NCBI GenBank assembly: GCA_963771175.1
Contig: CAVYSY010000026.1
Location: 448,001-512,000 of the forward strand
Origin: an uncultured delta proteobacterium
GTDB lineage: Bacteria; Myxococcota; Myxococcia; Myxococcales; Myxococcaceae
Direction of reading: 5' to 3'
Length of the DNA: 64,000 nucleotides
The notes under the pieces were generated by a model that saw only the letters and a program-made list of their open reading frames with translations, ran no database searches and was not told where the DNA came from. The stretch's first letter is position 1. Each line of letters begins with the position of its first letter. Positions 45,987 to 58,999 of this stretch are shown here, piece by piece. The position numbers and the translations under genes are program-made.

Positions 45987-47012
45987 TCACTGAGGGCGTC
46001 GTCCAACAGGACGGCGCCCCTCTCGTTTTTCAGCGCCCGAGGAGGACCCCTGCCGCGCGAAGACAGGCTCCTCACCGGACTCGGTGGGGCCCAGCTCGTT
46101 GAGCGGATCGCTCGGCTCGCCATCGCGCCACAGCTCGAAGTGCAGGTGCACGCCCGTGGCCAGGCCCGTCTTGCCGGCCGCGCCCACCACGTCGCCCTGC
46201 TCCAGCACCTCGCCCGGCCTCACCAGCACGCGAGACAGGTGGCTGTAGCGGGTGGTGATGTTCTCCGCGTGCTGGATGACGACCTGATTGCCATGGCCGC
46301 CATTCCACCCGGCCTTCACCACCACGCCCCCCGCCGCGGCCGACACGAGCTGGCCCGCCTTCGCCGAGAGGTCCAGGCCCTGATGCTCCCGCTCCTCTCC
46401 GAGGATGGGGTGCCACCGGCTGCCGAAGACGCTGGTGACGATGGCCGGGTCCACCGGCCAGGCGAACCGGGGGCGCTTCGGCTTGAGCTGCCGGCGGCGC
46501 AACTCGGCCACGCGCACCTCGAGCAGCTGCATCCGGGCGAGCACCGCGTCGGCCAGGTCGGCGGGGATGTCCCCGTAGGCGCGCGCGTCCTCCTCCAGCT
46601 CGGCCTCCAGCGACACCCGGGCGCGCACCAGGTCCAGCGAGGACGTCTTGCGCGCGGGCTCGCGGAGGAATGCGTCCAGGGAGGCGTTCATCTGCCGCCA
46701 GTTCGCCACCTGCTCCGGCGGCATGGGGCTGCCCTGGACCACCTGTACGCGCGTGGAGCGAGCCAGTGTGGTGAAGGACCGCAGCGCGGCCCGCAGCGCC
46801 GGTGAGTCCGGAGCCATCACCTTCGGCACGAACTTCTTCGCCACCGGGGGCCGCGCCGGGGCGGACCCGTTCCGGGACGAACCCGTCGCCGCCGCGTCGG
46901 CCGGGGACGGCGCGGATCCGGCGTACAGCTCGTCGAAGCTCATCTTCTGCCGCGTACGCGGAGCAGCACACGCCGACAGGAGGAGCAGAATGAGGGCAGC
47001 GAGACGACGCAA
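45987..47012 (-). CDS. M23 family metallopeptidase lipoprotein
   Basis: Lipobox LSAC; HQGLD, YSHL, HLHFE. Confidence 0.9.
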   Translation of the reverse strand: MRRLAALILLLLSACAAPRTRQKMSFDELYAGSAPSPADAAATGSSRNGSAPARPPVAKKFVPKVMAPDSPALRAALRSFTTLARSTRVQVVQGSPMPPEQVANWRQMNASLDAFLREPARKTSSLDLVRARVSLEAELEEDARAYGDIPADLADAVLARMQLLEVRVAELRRRQLKPKRPRFAWPVDPAIVTSVFGSRWHPILGEEREHQGLDLSAKAGQLVSAAAGGVVVKAGWNGGHGNQVVIQHAENITTRYSHLSRVLVRPGEVLEQGDVVGAAGKTGLATGVHLHFELWRDGEPSDPLNELGPTESGEEPVFARQGSSSGAEKREGRRPVGRRPQ

Positions 47013-47042
47013 GGCCCCGACAGTCTAGCAGCCCCCGATGGA

Positions 47043-48073
<1,031 letters not shown>

Positions 48074-48137
48074 GGGTATCCTGAGAGGTAGTGGAATCTT
48101 CTTTACGTCGGAGGTCGGTCTGTCATACAGCGGCCGG

Positions 48138-48821
48138 GTGGCACGCGAGACGATGGAGTCGAAGCGGAAGCGGGCGGCGGAGGTGATGGACCGGCTGGAA
48201 CGGGCCATGCCGGACGTGCGCATCGAGCTGGACTATCGCACCCCCATGGAGCTGCTGGTGGCGGTCATCCTCTCCGCGCAGTGTACGGACAAGCGGGTGA
48301 ACCTGGTGACCCCCGCCCTCTTCCAGCGCTTCCCGGACGCGCACGCGTACGCCCAGTCGAGCGCGTCCGAGGTGGAGCCGTTCATCCAGTCGTGCGGCCT
48401 GTACCGCGCGAAGGCGAAGAACATCGTGGCGGCGGCCAAGGCGCTGGTGGCCTCGCACGGCGGCGAGGTGCCCCGCTCCCGGGCCCTGCTGGAGAAGCTG
48501 CCGGGCGTGGGGCACAAGACGGCCGGCGTGGTGTGCATCCACCTGGGCGGCGATGACGCCTTCCCCGTGGACACCCACGTCAAGCGGCTGGCCTGGCGGC
48601 TGGGATTCACCCGCCACGAGGATCCGGACAAGGTGGAGGAGGACATGCGGGCCCTCTTGCCGCCGGAGCGGTGGGCCAAGGGCCACCAGCTCCTGGTCTG
48701 GCACGGGCGGAGGGCCTGCTTCGCGCGGGCGCCCGCGTGCGAGCGCTGCCCCGTGGCGGACCTCTGCCCGAAGAAGGGCGTGCCGGCTAGACCGACGGCC
48801 GATCCTCGCGAGTCGTCTTGA
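48138..48821 (+). CDS. nth: Endonuclease III
   Basis: [22 protein letters not shown]-x6-C-x2-C-x5-C Fe-S motif. Confidence 0.95.
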   Translation: MARETMESKRKRAAEVMDRLERAMPDVRIELDYRTPMELLVAVILSAQCTDKRVNLVTPALFQRFPDAHAYAQSSASEVEPFIQSCGLYRAKAKNIVAAAKALVASHGGEVPRSRALLEKLPGVGHKTAGVVCIHLGGDDAFPVDTHVKRLAWRLGFTRHEDPDKVEEDMRALLPPERWAKGHQLLVWHGRRACFARAPACERCPVADLCPKKGVPARPTADPRESS

Positions 48822-49308
48822 CGCGCTTCATCCGCTTGCGGATGAGCTCGCGCTTGAGCGTGGAGATGTGGTCCACGAAGACGGTGCCGTTCAGGTGGTC
48901 CGTCTCGTGCTGCACGGCGATGGCCAGCAGCCCGTCGCACGTGAGCGTCTGCTCGTGGCCCTCGGGGTCCAGGAACTTCACCGTCACCACCGCCGCACGC
49001 TCCACGTCCTCGGCCTCTCCGGGGATGGACAGGCAGCCCTCGGTGTAGGTCGTCTTCCCCTCCAGCGCGATGAGCTCCGGGTTGATCATCGCCACCGGCT
49101 GGGACTCGGGCTGGCGCGGCCGGGTGTCCAGGACGATGACGCGCTGCAGCACTCCCACCTGCGGCGCGGCGAGCCCCACGCCATCGGCGGCGTACATGGT
49201 CTCGAACATGTCCTTGACCAGGGTGCGGAGGGAGTCGTCCACCCTCGCCACCGGCTTCGCCTTCTGCTTCAGGATGGGATCGGGCCAGATGAGGATCTCG
49301 CGAACCAT
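48787..49308 (-). CDS. def: Peptide deformylase
   Basis: GVGLAAPQVG, EGCLS, QHETDHL. Confidence 0.97.
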   Translation of the reverse strand: MVREILIWPDPILKQKAKPVARVDDSLRTLVKDMFETMYAADGVGLAAPQVGVLQRVIVLDTRPRQPESQPVAMINPELIALEGKTTYTEGCLSIPGEAEDVERAAVVTVKFLDPEGHEQTLTCDGLLAIAVQHETDHLNGTVFVDHISTLKRELIRKRMKRVKTTREDRPSV

Positions 49309-49563
49309 GGCGCCCCTATTAACCCCCTGGCAGCGGACGGGCAACCGGCCCTGAACACCCCGTCCGCCCGGTCCACCACCAGACGACAGGCGCCTCCCCG
49401 AGGGGCTCGCTCATTTTGTTTGCACTCAAATATTCATGGTAGAATACGCGTTGGGGGCGCCTCCCGGATAAAAAAGGCATCGAGTGGCTTTCCACCCGCC
49501 GTGTGGAAGAGCACACTGTGCCAATCCGGATTCTCCGGTTGTCCGGTTCAGGAGGAATTGCCC

Positions 49564-50292
49564 GTGCTCCGGAAGACCGCCCTGCTGTCCACCCTGCTGC
49601 TGTGCGCCTGTGAGCTCGGCGCATCGCCCGCGCCGAACATCATCTCCATCGAGCCCCAGGAGGTGGTGAGCGGCGAGGCGACGACCATCACGCTCAGGCT
49701 GGATGCGCCCCCGCTGGCGAGGATCGACTACGGCAACAGGACCGCGACGCTGCTGACGCCGACGCTGCGGATTGGTGACCAGGAGGCGCGCATCGAGCGG
49801 ATGGAGCACGACGGCGCACTGGTGGCCACGCTGCCCGCGAACCTGTCGACGGGGCACCAGGACGTCCGGCTCGAGCTGGGCGATGGACAGGAGGCCGTCG
49901 GTGAAGAGGGCCTCACGGTCCTCCCGCCGCCCCCGGTGCTGACGCTCCGGAGCAGCCCGGGTGGGGCGGAAGACACGGAGGGGACGGAATGCGAAGACCG
50001 GCGGCTGCTCGTCACCAGCATCCGTATGGACCCCATCCCGGACCAGGTCCGCGGCGTCCCGTTCGTCGTCACCCTCCGGACCGAGGGCCCCGAGGCGGCG
50101 CTCTTCACGGGCCAGGTGCAGCTCACCTCCAGCAAGGGGCGCATCACCCCGAACCTGAGCAGCCCCTTCCACGAGGGCGTGCGCGCGGAGCAGGTCGTCA
50201 TCGACAAGCCCGGAGCGAACGTGGTCCTCACCGTGAGGCTCGGCGGCAACCTCGTCACCAGGTCCAATCCCTTCAAGGTCTCGCCCAACTAG
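49564..50292 (+). CDS. Lipoprotein with IPT/Ig-like beta domains
   Basis: GTG start after GGAGG; LLCAC lipobox; PNIISIEP IPT-like start. Confidence 0.6.
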   Translation: MLRKTALLSTLLLCACELGASPAPNIISIEPQEVVSGEATTITLRLDAPPLARIDYGNRTATLLTPTLRIGDQEARIERMEHDGALVATLPANLSTGHQDVRLELGDGQEAVGEEGLTVLPPPPVLTLRSSPGGAEDTEGTECEDRRLLVTSIRMDPIPDQVRGVPFVVTLRTEGPEAALFTGQVQLTSSKGRITPNLSSPFHEGVRAEQVVIDKPGANVVLTVRLGGNLVTRSNPFKVSPN

Positions 50293-50322
50293 TCGGACGG
50301 ACCGGCGCCCCACAGCCGCCGC

Positions 50323-53300
50323 TCAGTCCAGCAGGCTGCGGGCGTACTCCTCGCGCAGTCGATCATCCGCGAGCGCCCGCGCCGCCTCGGCCAGGGCGGT
50401 GGAGAGCTGCTGCGCGCGGTGCTGGAGCGCCGGGTCGGGGTGCCCCGCGAAGCGCAGCGGGTGGAACTCGGTGGTGAGCAGCGCGTAGGCGCGCTTCACC
50501 TCCTCGCTGCCCGCTCCACGCGCCAACCCGAGCACCGTGAAGTAGTCCGCGTCCTGGATCTCCTCGAACTTGGCCTCGAGCCGGCGCACGTCCAGCTCGC
50601 CCGGCGCCTCCTCCTCGGAGGACTCGGTGGCGTGCCGCAGGGTGATGAGGCCCAGGGCGCGCGCGACCGCGAACACCTTGAGGGCCGTGTCCTGCGGCAA
50701 CCCCGCGCCGAGCAGGAGCTGCTCGAGCGTCTGCTCCCCATCGACCTCCTCGAGGAGCCGGAGCTCGCGAGAGGAGAGCCCGAAGGCCTCCGGCGAGGGC
50801 ACGGGCTCGCCACGGACGACCACCGCGCGCAGTCCTCCAGCGGCCTCCATGAAGGACTCCGAGGAGACACCGTTGCGCAGGGCCTCGGCCAGCAGGTGCA
50901 GCAGGGGCCGGGTGGACGCCGCGAGCGCCACCTCGTGCGGCGGCAGCTCCTCGGAGAGCCGGTACAGCGAGGAAGGCTCGGAGAGCGCGTCCAGGGCGAC
51001 CTGCTCGGTGTAGCGCTGCACGAGCGGGACGACCTCGTTCTCGCGCACGTAGCCCCGGCCCCGCATGGCGTCGATCAGCGCCCCCGTCGAGGCACCCCGG
51101 ACCAGGCGCAGCTCGTTCTCCTGGCGCGCGTCGATGAGCCCATCACTCCGCGCACGGTCCACGAGCGACTCGTCCTGGGAGGAGGAGACCGCGCCCACCA
51201 GCGCGCCGTCCTTCAACCAGAGGATGCGAAGGGAGCCGGCCACCTTGAGCTCGAGGCGGACCCCGGCACGCGCCTCCTGAAGGCGGGTGATGAGCCGCGA
51301 GAGCCCTTCCTGGTTGACGCTGCCACTGCGAGGGACGTCCACCTCGAACCTGCCGGGGACCTGGATGGAGATGAGCGCCGCCTTCGCCCGGGCCGCCATC
51401 TCCTCCGCCTCGGCGCGGGCCTTCGCGACGACCCCCTCGGTCTCGGCGCGCACCTTCGCCACGGTCTCCTCGGCCTCGCGGAGCGCCTTCTCCTCGGCCT
51501 CGCGCCGGGCCTGCTCGGCACGGGCGAGGCGCTCGGCCAGCTCCGCCTCGGCGTGGGCACGGGTCGCCTCGAGCCGCTCCACTTCCTGGGAGAGGAACTC
51601 CCGCTCTTCACGCTCCTGCGCCAGCGTCTGCCCGAGCCGCTCCGCCTCCGCACGGGACTCGCGGACCTCGGCCTCCTGGCGCGCCGCCGACTCCTCCAGC
51701 CGGGCGACCCGCTCCTCCAGCTCCGCGCGAACGCGGGACAGCTCCTCGTGGGACTGGGACTCCGCTTCGATGCGGGCCTGCGCGGCGGTGCGGGCCTTCG
51801 CCAACGCCTCGACACGCGACTCCAGCTCCACGTGCAACCGCTCGGCCGTCGCCGCCCGCGTCTCCGCGTCGACGCGCGCACGCTCCAGCTCCTCGGCCTG
51901 CCCGTCCAACTCGGCTCGCGCCTTCTCCGCGCTCTCGGCACGCGACTCCGCCTCGACGAGCAACCGCTCCGAGGCCGCGGCTCGCGTCTCCGCGTCGACC
52001 CGGGCGCGCTCCAGCGCCTCGGCCTGCTCGCTCGCCTCGGCCTGTGCCAGCTCCGCGCTCTCGGCACGCGCTTGCGCCTCGGCACGGGCCTTCTCCGCGC
52101 TCTCGGCTCGCGCTTCCGCCTCTGCGCGCGCACGCTCTTCCGCCTCGGCTCGTGCGTCCGCCTCGGACCGCGCTTGTTCCGCGGCCTCGGCTCGCGCCTC
52201 CGCCTCGGCGCGGGCCTTCTCCGAGGCCTTGGTACGTACTTCCGCTTCGGAACGCGCCTGCTCCGCTGACTCGGCTCGCGCTTCCGCCTCGGCGCGGGCC
52301 TTCATCTCCTCCTGCACGCGTGCATCCGCGTTGGAGTGCGCACGGGCTTCCACCTCGGCCCGCGCCTTCTTCTCGGCCTCCGCTCGGGCCTCGGCCTTGC
52401 CTCGCGCCTGGTGCTCCGCCTCGGCCCTCGCCTCCGCTTCCGCCCGGGCCCTGGCCTCCTTCTCGGCGCGCGCCGTCACGTCCTTGCGCGCCTTCGCCTC
52501 CCCGTGGGCCCGCGCCTCCCACTCCTTGCGCGCCTTCGTCTCCGCTTCGGCCCGCGACTCGGCCTCCACGCGGGCCGCCTTCTCCGCCTCCACCCGCGCT
52601 TCCGCCCCGGCCCGGGCCTTCTCCTCGGCGAGGGCGCGCTGTTCCTCCTGTGCGCGCTGCCGCGCCTGCTCCTCGGCCTTCGTCTTCCAGCCGGCGAGCT
52701 GTTCCTGGAGTCGCGAGACCTCTCGGGACTGGGCCTCCAGCCGGGACAGCGTCTCCTGGGAGGTGGAGCTGGCCTCGGAGAGCTGCCGCTGAAGCGCCTC
52801 CACCTGCTCGCGCAACCGCGTCACCTGCTCCTGCTGTCGCGGCTGCTGCTCGCGCACCGCGGCGGCCTCGGCCTCCACCGCCTGGCGCCGCTGCACCTCC
52901 TGCGTGCGCGCCTGCTCGAGCTCCGCCTCCCGCGCCCGCGCAGCCTCGAGCTGCCGCTCCACCTCGAGCCGCAGCGAGGTCTCCAGCCCCCGCTCCTCCG
53001 CGAGCGTCGTGAGCCGGGTCCGCTCCGCGTCGGCCTCGCGCCGCAGCGACTCCTCCCGGGCCAACGCCTCCTGCTTCAGGCGCTCCAGCTCGGACTTGAG
53101 GGATGCCTCACTCTCGCGCGCCGCCTCCATGTCGCGCTGGAGCGACTCCAGCCGCGCCTGGGCCTCCTCGGACTCGCGCTGGAGCGACTCCAGCTGCGCC
53201 CGAGCCTCCTCGGACTCGCGCCGCAGCGACTCCTCCCGGGCCTTCGGCGCGTCCGCCTGCCGCTCCAGCGAGGAGCGGAGCTCCGTCACGAGCGTCTCGA

Positions 53301-54816
53301 GCTCCTCGGCCTTGCGCTCCGCCTCGCGCCTCCGCGCCTCCGCGCCATCCCGCTCGGATAGGAGCTCGGCAATCCGCCGCTCGGCCCGCAGCAGGCGCGA
53401 CTCCAGGACCACGAAGTCCTCTTCCGCGGGGGGCTCCGTCCGAGCCGCCGTCTCCGTCGACGCTGGCGAGGGCCTGAGCGGGAACTTCGACGTGGTCTCC
53501 GGCACGCCCGACGACTTGGGCGAGGCCTCGGACTCCTCGTCCGACGGTGCCTCCTCCGCCGCCGGCTCGGCCTTCACCGGGCCACTCCGAGGCTTCTCCT
53601 CGCGGGACGTCTCCTCGGACGTGGAGTCGAACCACCCCGCGCCCACGCGCTCCTCGTGCGGCTCCTCCCACCCCTCGGGCGCTTCGTCCTCCGCGGGCAG
53701 GGGCGCATCCTCCGGCACGGGCTCCAGGTCCGCGGCGCCCTCCAGGTGCCGCACGGGCTGGAGCTCCGCCTCCAGCGTCGGCTCCACGTCGAAGAAGCCG
53801 TCGTCCCCGAGCCGGGGCCCCGCCTTCCTCAGCAACCCGGCGGGAGCATCCGCCACCGCGGGCGTCACCCGCTCTCGCTCCAGGGCCGCTTCTATCTCGA
53901 GCTGCGCGAGACGCTCGGCCTCCGCGCGGGCCTCCGCCTCGACGTCCACCACCTTCATCGGAGGCAGCGACGCCAGGGGCGCAATCCCCTCGGAAACCGG
54001 AGCGACGACGGGCGTGGGCTCCAGCGCGGCCGGGGACGCGGCGGTGATGGTGGGAAGCACCGAGCCCATCGCGGGAGTCCGCGCGAAGAGCCCCGCCGAC
54101 GAGGCCGACTCGGAGACCTCCTCCTGCTTGCGGCGCCGTCGGGCGGCGGCCTCGAAGCGCACCTCCTGCTCCAGGCGCTGCAGCTCGTCCTCTTCGGGCC
54201 CGGCGGCGGACACCGACTCGGTCTCGCTCGAGCCGACCACCGCCTGCTCCGTCTGGCCGAAGAGCGACTCGGCCTCGGCTCCCGGGTCGGGCTCGACGAG
54301 GGCCCGGGACTCCAGCCTCGGCAGGTCATCGAAGAGCGCGCTCTCCAGCGCGGCGTTGCGGCTCGGCGCGGAGGACTTGTGGACGAGGCCGGGCGGCCCG
54401 GCGACCACCGGGGCCGGTGCCACCTCCGCGGGGGGCTCGTCCTCCGGCACCGCGAACCAGGCCTCCGGGCCCGCGGGGGCGCTGATGAGGGCCGCCACCT
54501 GCGCCACGAAGCCGGCACCATCCAGCGGAAGGGGCGCCACCGGGGCGGCGCTGCCCCGAATGGGCTCGCCGAGCAGCAGCACGCGCGCGAGCCGCATGTC
54601 CGGGTGCAGCCCGAGCTCCTCCAGCACGACGTGGCCGCGCCCGCTCTCCACCCCGGGGGCGAGGATGATGAGCGAGGGCAGATGGTGGCCGAACCCAATG
54701 AGGGCGTCCGCCACGGAGGTGGCGAGGATGACCTCATAGCCCTCGCGCGCGAGCAGTCGGCGCACGGTGGCGATGGTGGCGATGTCGTCGTTGACGAGAA
54801 GGACCGAGTCGGCCAT
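50323..54816 (-). CDS. Large pseudo-receiver / coiled-coil / DUF4388-like / J-like domain protein
   Basis: Receiver-like N-terminus, long EARAE repeat coiled coil, C-terminal YFTVLGL...EVKRAY...FHP. Confidence 0.8.
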   Translation of the reverse strand: MADSVLLVNDDIATIATVRRLLAREGYEVILATSVADALIGFGHHLPSLIILAPGVESGRGHVVLEELGLHPDMRLARVLLLGEPIRGSAAPVAPLPLDGAGFVAQVAALISAPAGPEAWFAVPEDEPPAEVAPAPVVAGPPGLVHKSSAPSRNAALESALFDDLPRLESRALVEPDPGAEAESLFGQTEQAVVGSSETESVSAAGPEEDELQRLEQEVRFEAAARRRRKQEEVSESASSAGLFARTPAMGSVLPTITAASPAALEPTPVVAPVSEGIAPLASLPPMKVVDVEAEARAEAERLAQLEIEAALERERVTPAVADAPAGLLRKAGPRLGDDGFFDVEPTLEAELQPVRHLEGAADLEPVPEDAPLPAEDEAPEGWEEPHEERVGAGWFDSTSEETSREEKPRSGPVKAEPAAEEAPSDEESEASPKSSGVPETTSKFPLRPSPASTETAARTEPPAEEDFVVLESRLLRAERRIAELLSERDGAEARRREAERKAEELETLVTELRSSLERQADAPKAREESLRRESEEARAQLESLQRESEEAQARLESLQRDMEAARESEASLKSELERLKQEALAREESLRREADAERTRLTTLAEERGLETSLRLEVERQLEAARAREAELEQARTQEVQRRQAVEAEAAAVREQQPRQQEQVTRLREQVEALQRQLSEASSTSQETLSRLEAQSREVSRLQEQLAGWKTKAEEQARQRAQEEQRALAEEKARAGAEARVEAEKAARVEAESRAEAETKARKEWEARAHGEAKARKDVTARAEKEARARAEAEARAEAEHQARGKAEARAEAEKKARAEVEARAHSNADARVQEEMKARAEAEARAESAEQARSEAEVRTKASEKARAEAEARAEAAEQARSEADARAEAEERARAEAEARAESAEKARAEAQARAESAELAQAEASEQAEALERARVDAETRAAASERLLVEAESRAESAEKARAELDGQAEELERARVDAETRAATAERLHVELESRVEALAKARTAAQARIEAESQSHEELSRVRAELEERVARLEESAARQEAEVRESRAEAERLGQTLAQEREEREFLSQEVERLEATRAHAEAELAERLARAEQARREAEEKALREAEETVAKVRAETEGVVAKARAEAEEMAARAKAALISIQVPGRFEVDVPRSGSVNQEGLSRLITRLQEARAGVRLELKVAGSLRILWLKDGALVGAVSSSQDESLVDRARSDGLIDARQENELRLVRGASTGALIDAMRGRGYVRENEVVPLVQRYTEQVALDALSEPSSLYRLSEELPPHEVALAASTRPLLHLLAEALRNGVSSESFMEAAGGLRAVVVRGEPVPSPEAFGLSSRELRLLEEVDGEQTLEQLLLGAGLPQDTALKVFAVARALGLITLRHATESSEEEAPGELDVRRLEAKFEEIQDADYFTVLGLARGAGSEEVKRAYALLTTEFHPLRFAGHPDPALQHRAQQLSTALAEAARALADDRLREEYARSLLD

Positions 54817-54834
54817 TGGAACTCGGGCGCGAGT

Positions 54835-57077
54835 CTACAACATGGCGGCCGGATCCACGTCGATCGTGACGCGCACGGCGGAGGGAATGTCGACCAGCTT
54901 CGCCTCCAGGCGGGCAAGCAGCGGGGAGAGCGCCGCGTGGGTGGGAGCCTTGAGGAGCAACTGCCACCGGGTGCGCCCGCGGATGCGGGAGATGGGGGCC
55001 AGGGCCGGCCCGAGCAGGCGCACCCCCCAGGAGGCCGGGGGCATGTTGCGGGAGATGAAGTCCCCGAGGTGCCGGGCCACGCTGGCGGTCTGCTCCGGGT
55101 GCTCGCCCTCGAGCCGCACCGCCACCAGGCGGGTGTAGGGCGGCCAGGCGAGCACCTTGCGCCGCTCCAGCTCCCGCGCGGCGAAGCCGTCGAAGTCGTG
55201 GGCGAGCACGCGCTTCACCGGGTCCGCCTCGGGGTTGTACGTCTGCACCAGCACACGCCCCGGGTCCTTGCCGCGCCCGGCCCGGCCGGCCACCTGGGTG
55301 AGGAGGTGGAAGGTGCGCTCGGCGGCGCGGAAGTCGGGGATGGCCAGCGAGGTGTCCGCCATCACCACGCACACCAGCGTCACCCCGGGGAAGTCGTGCC
55401 CCTTGGCCACCATCTGCGTGCCCACCAGCACGTCGATCTCCCGGCGAGCGAAGGAGGCGAGCAGCTCCGTGAGGCGCTCGGCGCTGGTGGCCGAGTCCCG
55501 GTCGAGCCGGGCCACGCGGGCCTGGGGAATCCGCTCGGCGACCTCGGCCTCCACGCGCTCGGTGCCGATGCCCAGCTTGAGCAGGGGGCCGGTGCACTCG
55601 CGGCAGTGCTCGGGCACGGGGTGGGCCACGCCGCAGTAGTGGCACACCAGCCGGTTCTGCGAGCGGTGGTAGGTGAGGCACACGTCGCAGTCGGAGCACT
55701 TCACCGAGGTGCCGCACACCTCGCAGATGAGGAAGGTGCTGTGGCCGCGGCGGTTGAGGAAGAGGATGACCTGCTGCCCGCGCCCGAGGGTCTCCGCCAT
55801 GGCGTCGAGCAGCGGCGGCGAGAGGATGGGGGCCTCCTCCTGCACGAGCGGCTCGCGGGGGCGCTCCAGGCGCAGGTCCACCAGCTCGATGGTGGGCATG
55901 GGCCGGTCGTCCACGCGGTTCTTCAGCTCCAGCTTGCGGTAGCGACCGCGGCGGGCGTTCTCCAGCGTCTCCAGCGAGGGCGTGGCCGAGCCGAGCACCA
56001 CCACGGCGCCCGCCTGCTTCGCGCGCACCACGGCGAGGTCGCGCGCCTGGTAGCGCAGCTTCTCCTCCTGCTTGAAGGAGGGGTCGTGCTCCTCGTCCAC
56101 CACGACGAGGCCGAGGTTCGCCACCGGCGCGAAGATCGCGCGAGCGCACGCCCACGGCGATGCGCACCGTGCCCTCGCGCAGGGCCTGCCAGTGGTGGAG
56201 GCGCTCGCGGTCCTTGAGGGCCGAGTGCAGCAGCGCCACGTCCTCGCCGAAGCGGCTGCGGAAGCGGCCCACGAGCTGCGGCGTGAGCGCGATCTCCGGC
56301 ACCAGCATGAGGCTGCCCTGGCCCCGCTCGAGCGCGCGCTCCACGGCGCGCAGGTACACCTCGGTCTTGCCGCTGCCGGTGACGCCGTGGAGGAGGAAGG
56401 GCGGGAAGCCGCCGGCGTCGAGGGCGGCCTGGAGCTCCAGGACGGCGACGGCCTGCTCGGGGGTGAGCTTGTCGGGGCGACCCTGGGCGAGCCCCTCGCC
56501 CACGCCCGGGGCGATGATCTCCTCCTCGATGCGGACGAAGCCGCGCTCGGCGAGCTTCCTCAGCGTCTCGCGGGCGCCGGGGATGGCGTGGGCCACCTCC
56601 TCGACGGGGGCCCGGCCACCCACCGCGAGCAGGTAGGTCAGCGCGGCGGACTGCGCGGGAGCGCGCGGAGGACGGCGGGCGCCTCCGGGACGAGCGCCAC
56701 GGCGAACTCCTGCACGTCGGGCTTCGCCTCCTTCTCCTCCTCGGCCTTGGTGAGCCCGGGGGGCAGCGCGCTCTGGATGACCTCGCCCAGCGGGTAGCGG
56801 TAGTGCTCGGCGGCGAAGCGCAGGAGCGCGATGAGGTCGGGCGGGAGCGACGGCGAGTCCTCGAGCACCTTCATGATGGGCTTGAGCTTGACGCTCTCGC
56901 CCTCGGGAGGAGGCGTGGCGGGCCCCAGGTAGAAGCCCAGCGACTGCTCCGGCCGAAGGGCACGAGGATCCGCTGGCCCGGCGACAGCTGCCCGGAGAGG
57001 CCCTCGGGGACGACGTAGGTGAACTCGCCCCGCACGGGACGGCCGACGGCGACGGAGGCGAGGTTCGGGGGGCTCAC
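54835..57077 (-). CDS. priA: Primosomal protein N' (replication restart helicase), several frameshifts
   Basis: GVTGSGKTEVY, VDEEHD, Cys-rich zinc region, GTQMVAKGHDFP, QVAGRAGR. Confidence 0.93.
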
Positions 57078-57319
57078 GGCGACTGGGGACCACTGTAGCG
57101 GCGCCCCCTGACACCGGTAGTTTTCTGACCCGAAATGCACATGGCGGACGGAGCGCGCTGTCCGAGAGCGCACTCCGGGTGATGGAGACCGGAGGACGTC
57201 TCAGGCAGAGCCCGGCTTGTCGACGATCTTGAGAATTTGGCCAGGGGATGCACACCGAAGAAGATGCCGCACCCGCCAGGTCGACCAGAGCTGACAGGAG
57301 CTAAGGAGTTCTACCGTTC

Positions 57320-58052
57320 ATGAGCGTCATTCTCACGGATTACGAGAACCGCACACGCAAGGCCGTCGCGCACTACTGGACGACGCTGACCGAGCAGGCC
57401 ACACGGCAGTCCCAGGGAGAGGCGGATCGCGGTCGTCGTGCTGCGGTGACCGGCGGCAAGCAGATGGACGGATTCTGCAGCCTCGTCAACCAACTCCTGA
57501 TCGACAATGGCCTTCCGGAAGCCCACATCTACACGAGCCAGAAGTTGGAACTTCCTGGCTACTTCAGACCCACCAAGAAATGGGACATGGTCGTGGTCTA
57601 CGACGACAAACTCGTAGCGGCTCTGGAGTTCAAGTCCCAGAGAGGCCCATCCTTCGGAAACAACTTCAACAACCGAAGCGAAGAGGCCATCGGTACGGGT
57701 AAGGATCTGGAGACCGCCTTCCGAGAAAAGGCCTTCGGCGCCAGCCCTCGTACCCTGGCTCGGTTGGCTGATGCTTCTGGAGGACTGCCCGGCATCCAGG
57801 CGGCCAGTCAAAGTTGACGAGCCACACTTCGATGTATTCCCAGAATTCTGGGATAGCTCCTACGCCCAACGGTACGAACTGCTTCTCCGCAAATTGGTCC
57901 TGGAGAAGCTCTTCGATTCCTCCGCGTTCCTCATGTGCACCGAAGCGCAGGGTCAGACCGGCGATTACACTGAACCGGCTCGCGATCTTGGCATAAAGCA
58001 GTTCCTCGCTGGGCTTGGAGCCCACGTCGGAAAATTCCTCGCCAGCCTCTGA
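57320..58052 (+). CDS. PaeR7I/XhoI-family type II restriction endonuclease, +1 frameshift at ~57752
   Basis: GGKQMDGF, LPGYFRPTKKWD, EFKSQRGPSFGNNFNNRSEEAIG; removing one base restores PWLGWLMLLEDC...SPHF-like C-terminus. Confidence 0.88.
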
Positions 58053-58061
58053 GGATCGGAC

Positions 58062-58970
58062 ATGCAGTTGCAGTTCAATCTACCCGCTCGAATCGGCAAA
58101 GACGCCTACCAGTACGGAGAACGCTCATCGGGCGAAACACATGGGGTCGTCCTGACGAAGCCCCATGTGGTCAAGCTGATCCTCGATCTGGCTCGGTACA
58201 CTCCGGAGCGCCCGCTCGCGTCCATGCGCATCCTGGAGCCAGCATGCGGGACAGGTGCGTTCCTCGAGCCAGCCATCGAGCGTCTGCTGACGGCAGCCCA
58301 GCGAGCGGGAGTCAAGGCGACAGAACTCGGGCAATGCGTCGCGGCTTACGACATCGATCCGGACCATGTCGCCGCGTCTCGCGCCGTAGTGGCGAAGGTG
58401 CTTCAGGAGCAAGAGGTCCCCACGAGAGTTGCGCGCCGACTGGCGGAACAGTGGGTGCGCGAAGGCGACTTCCTCCTAGCTCATGAGGAACCGTTCGACG
58501 TCGTGGTCGGGAACCCTCCCTACATCCGGATCGAACAACTCGCGCCCTCACTCCAAGCAGAGTACCGACGGCGGTACGCGTCCCTGTACGATCGCGCAGA
58601 CCTGTACGTGGCATTCATCAGCGTGGGCTCGACCTGCTCAAGCCCGACGGCATCCTGTCTTTCATCTGCGCGGATCGATGGATCTTGAACCGCTACGGGT
58701 CGCCACTGCGCAAGCGAATCACCGAACGCTTCAAGGTTCACGCATACATCGATCTGCACCAAGCCTCGCCCTTTGAATCCGAGGTCATCGCATACCCGTC
58801 CATCTTCGCAATCGGGCCAGGAAAGAGCGAACGGGTGCACGTGGGAACCATGTTGACGGCCACTCCTGAAGAATGCGCTGCCATCAGCGAGCCATCCTGG
58901 GTGGCCATTCATCGCACGCAGGCGTCTCGGTCGCGATGGATGAAACTGGTTGGTGATGGCTCTCAACCGG
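58062..58970 (+). pseudogene. N6-adenine DNA methyltransferase (M.PaeR7I/Eco57I-like), frameshift at ~58620 and truncated before the target-recognition domain
   Basis: LEPACGTGAF, VVGNPPYIR, RADLYVAF, FICADRW, PFESEVIAYP; similarity lost after ~58900-58970. Confidence 0.82.
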
Positions 58971-58999
58971 CATGCCTGCCGGGCGCAGCTCTTGAGCAC

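Noticed and set aside
49410..49560. AT-rich stretch as ncRNA or replication origin
   Set aside because: Best explained as the divergent def/lipoprotein promoter region (TGGTAGAAT extended -10-like); no structure or DnaA boxes seen
57100..57320. tRNA or att site at the island boundary
   Set aside because: No cloverleaf, T-loop motif or direct repeat recognised
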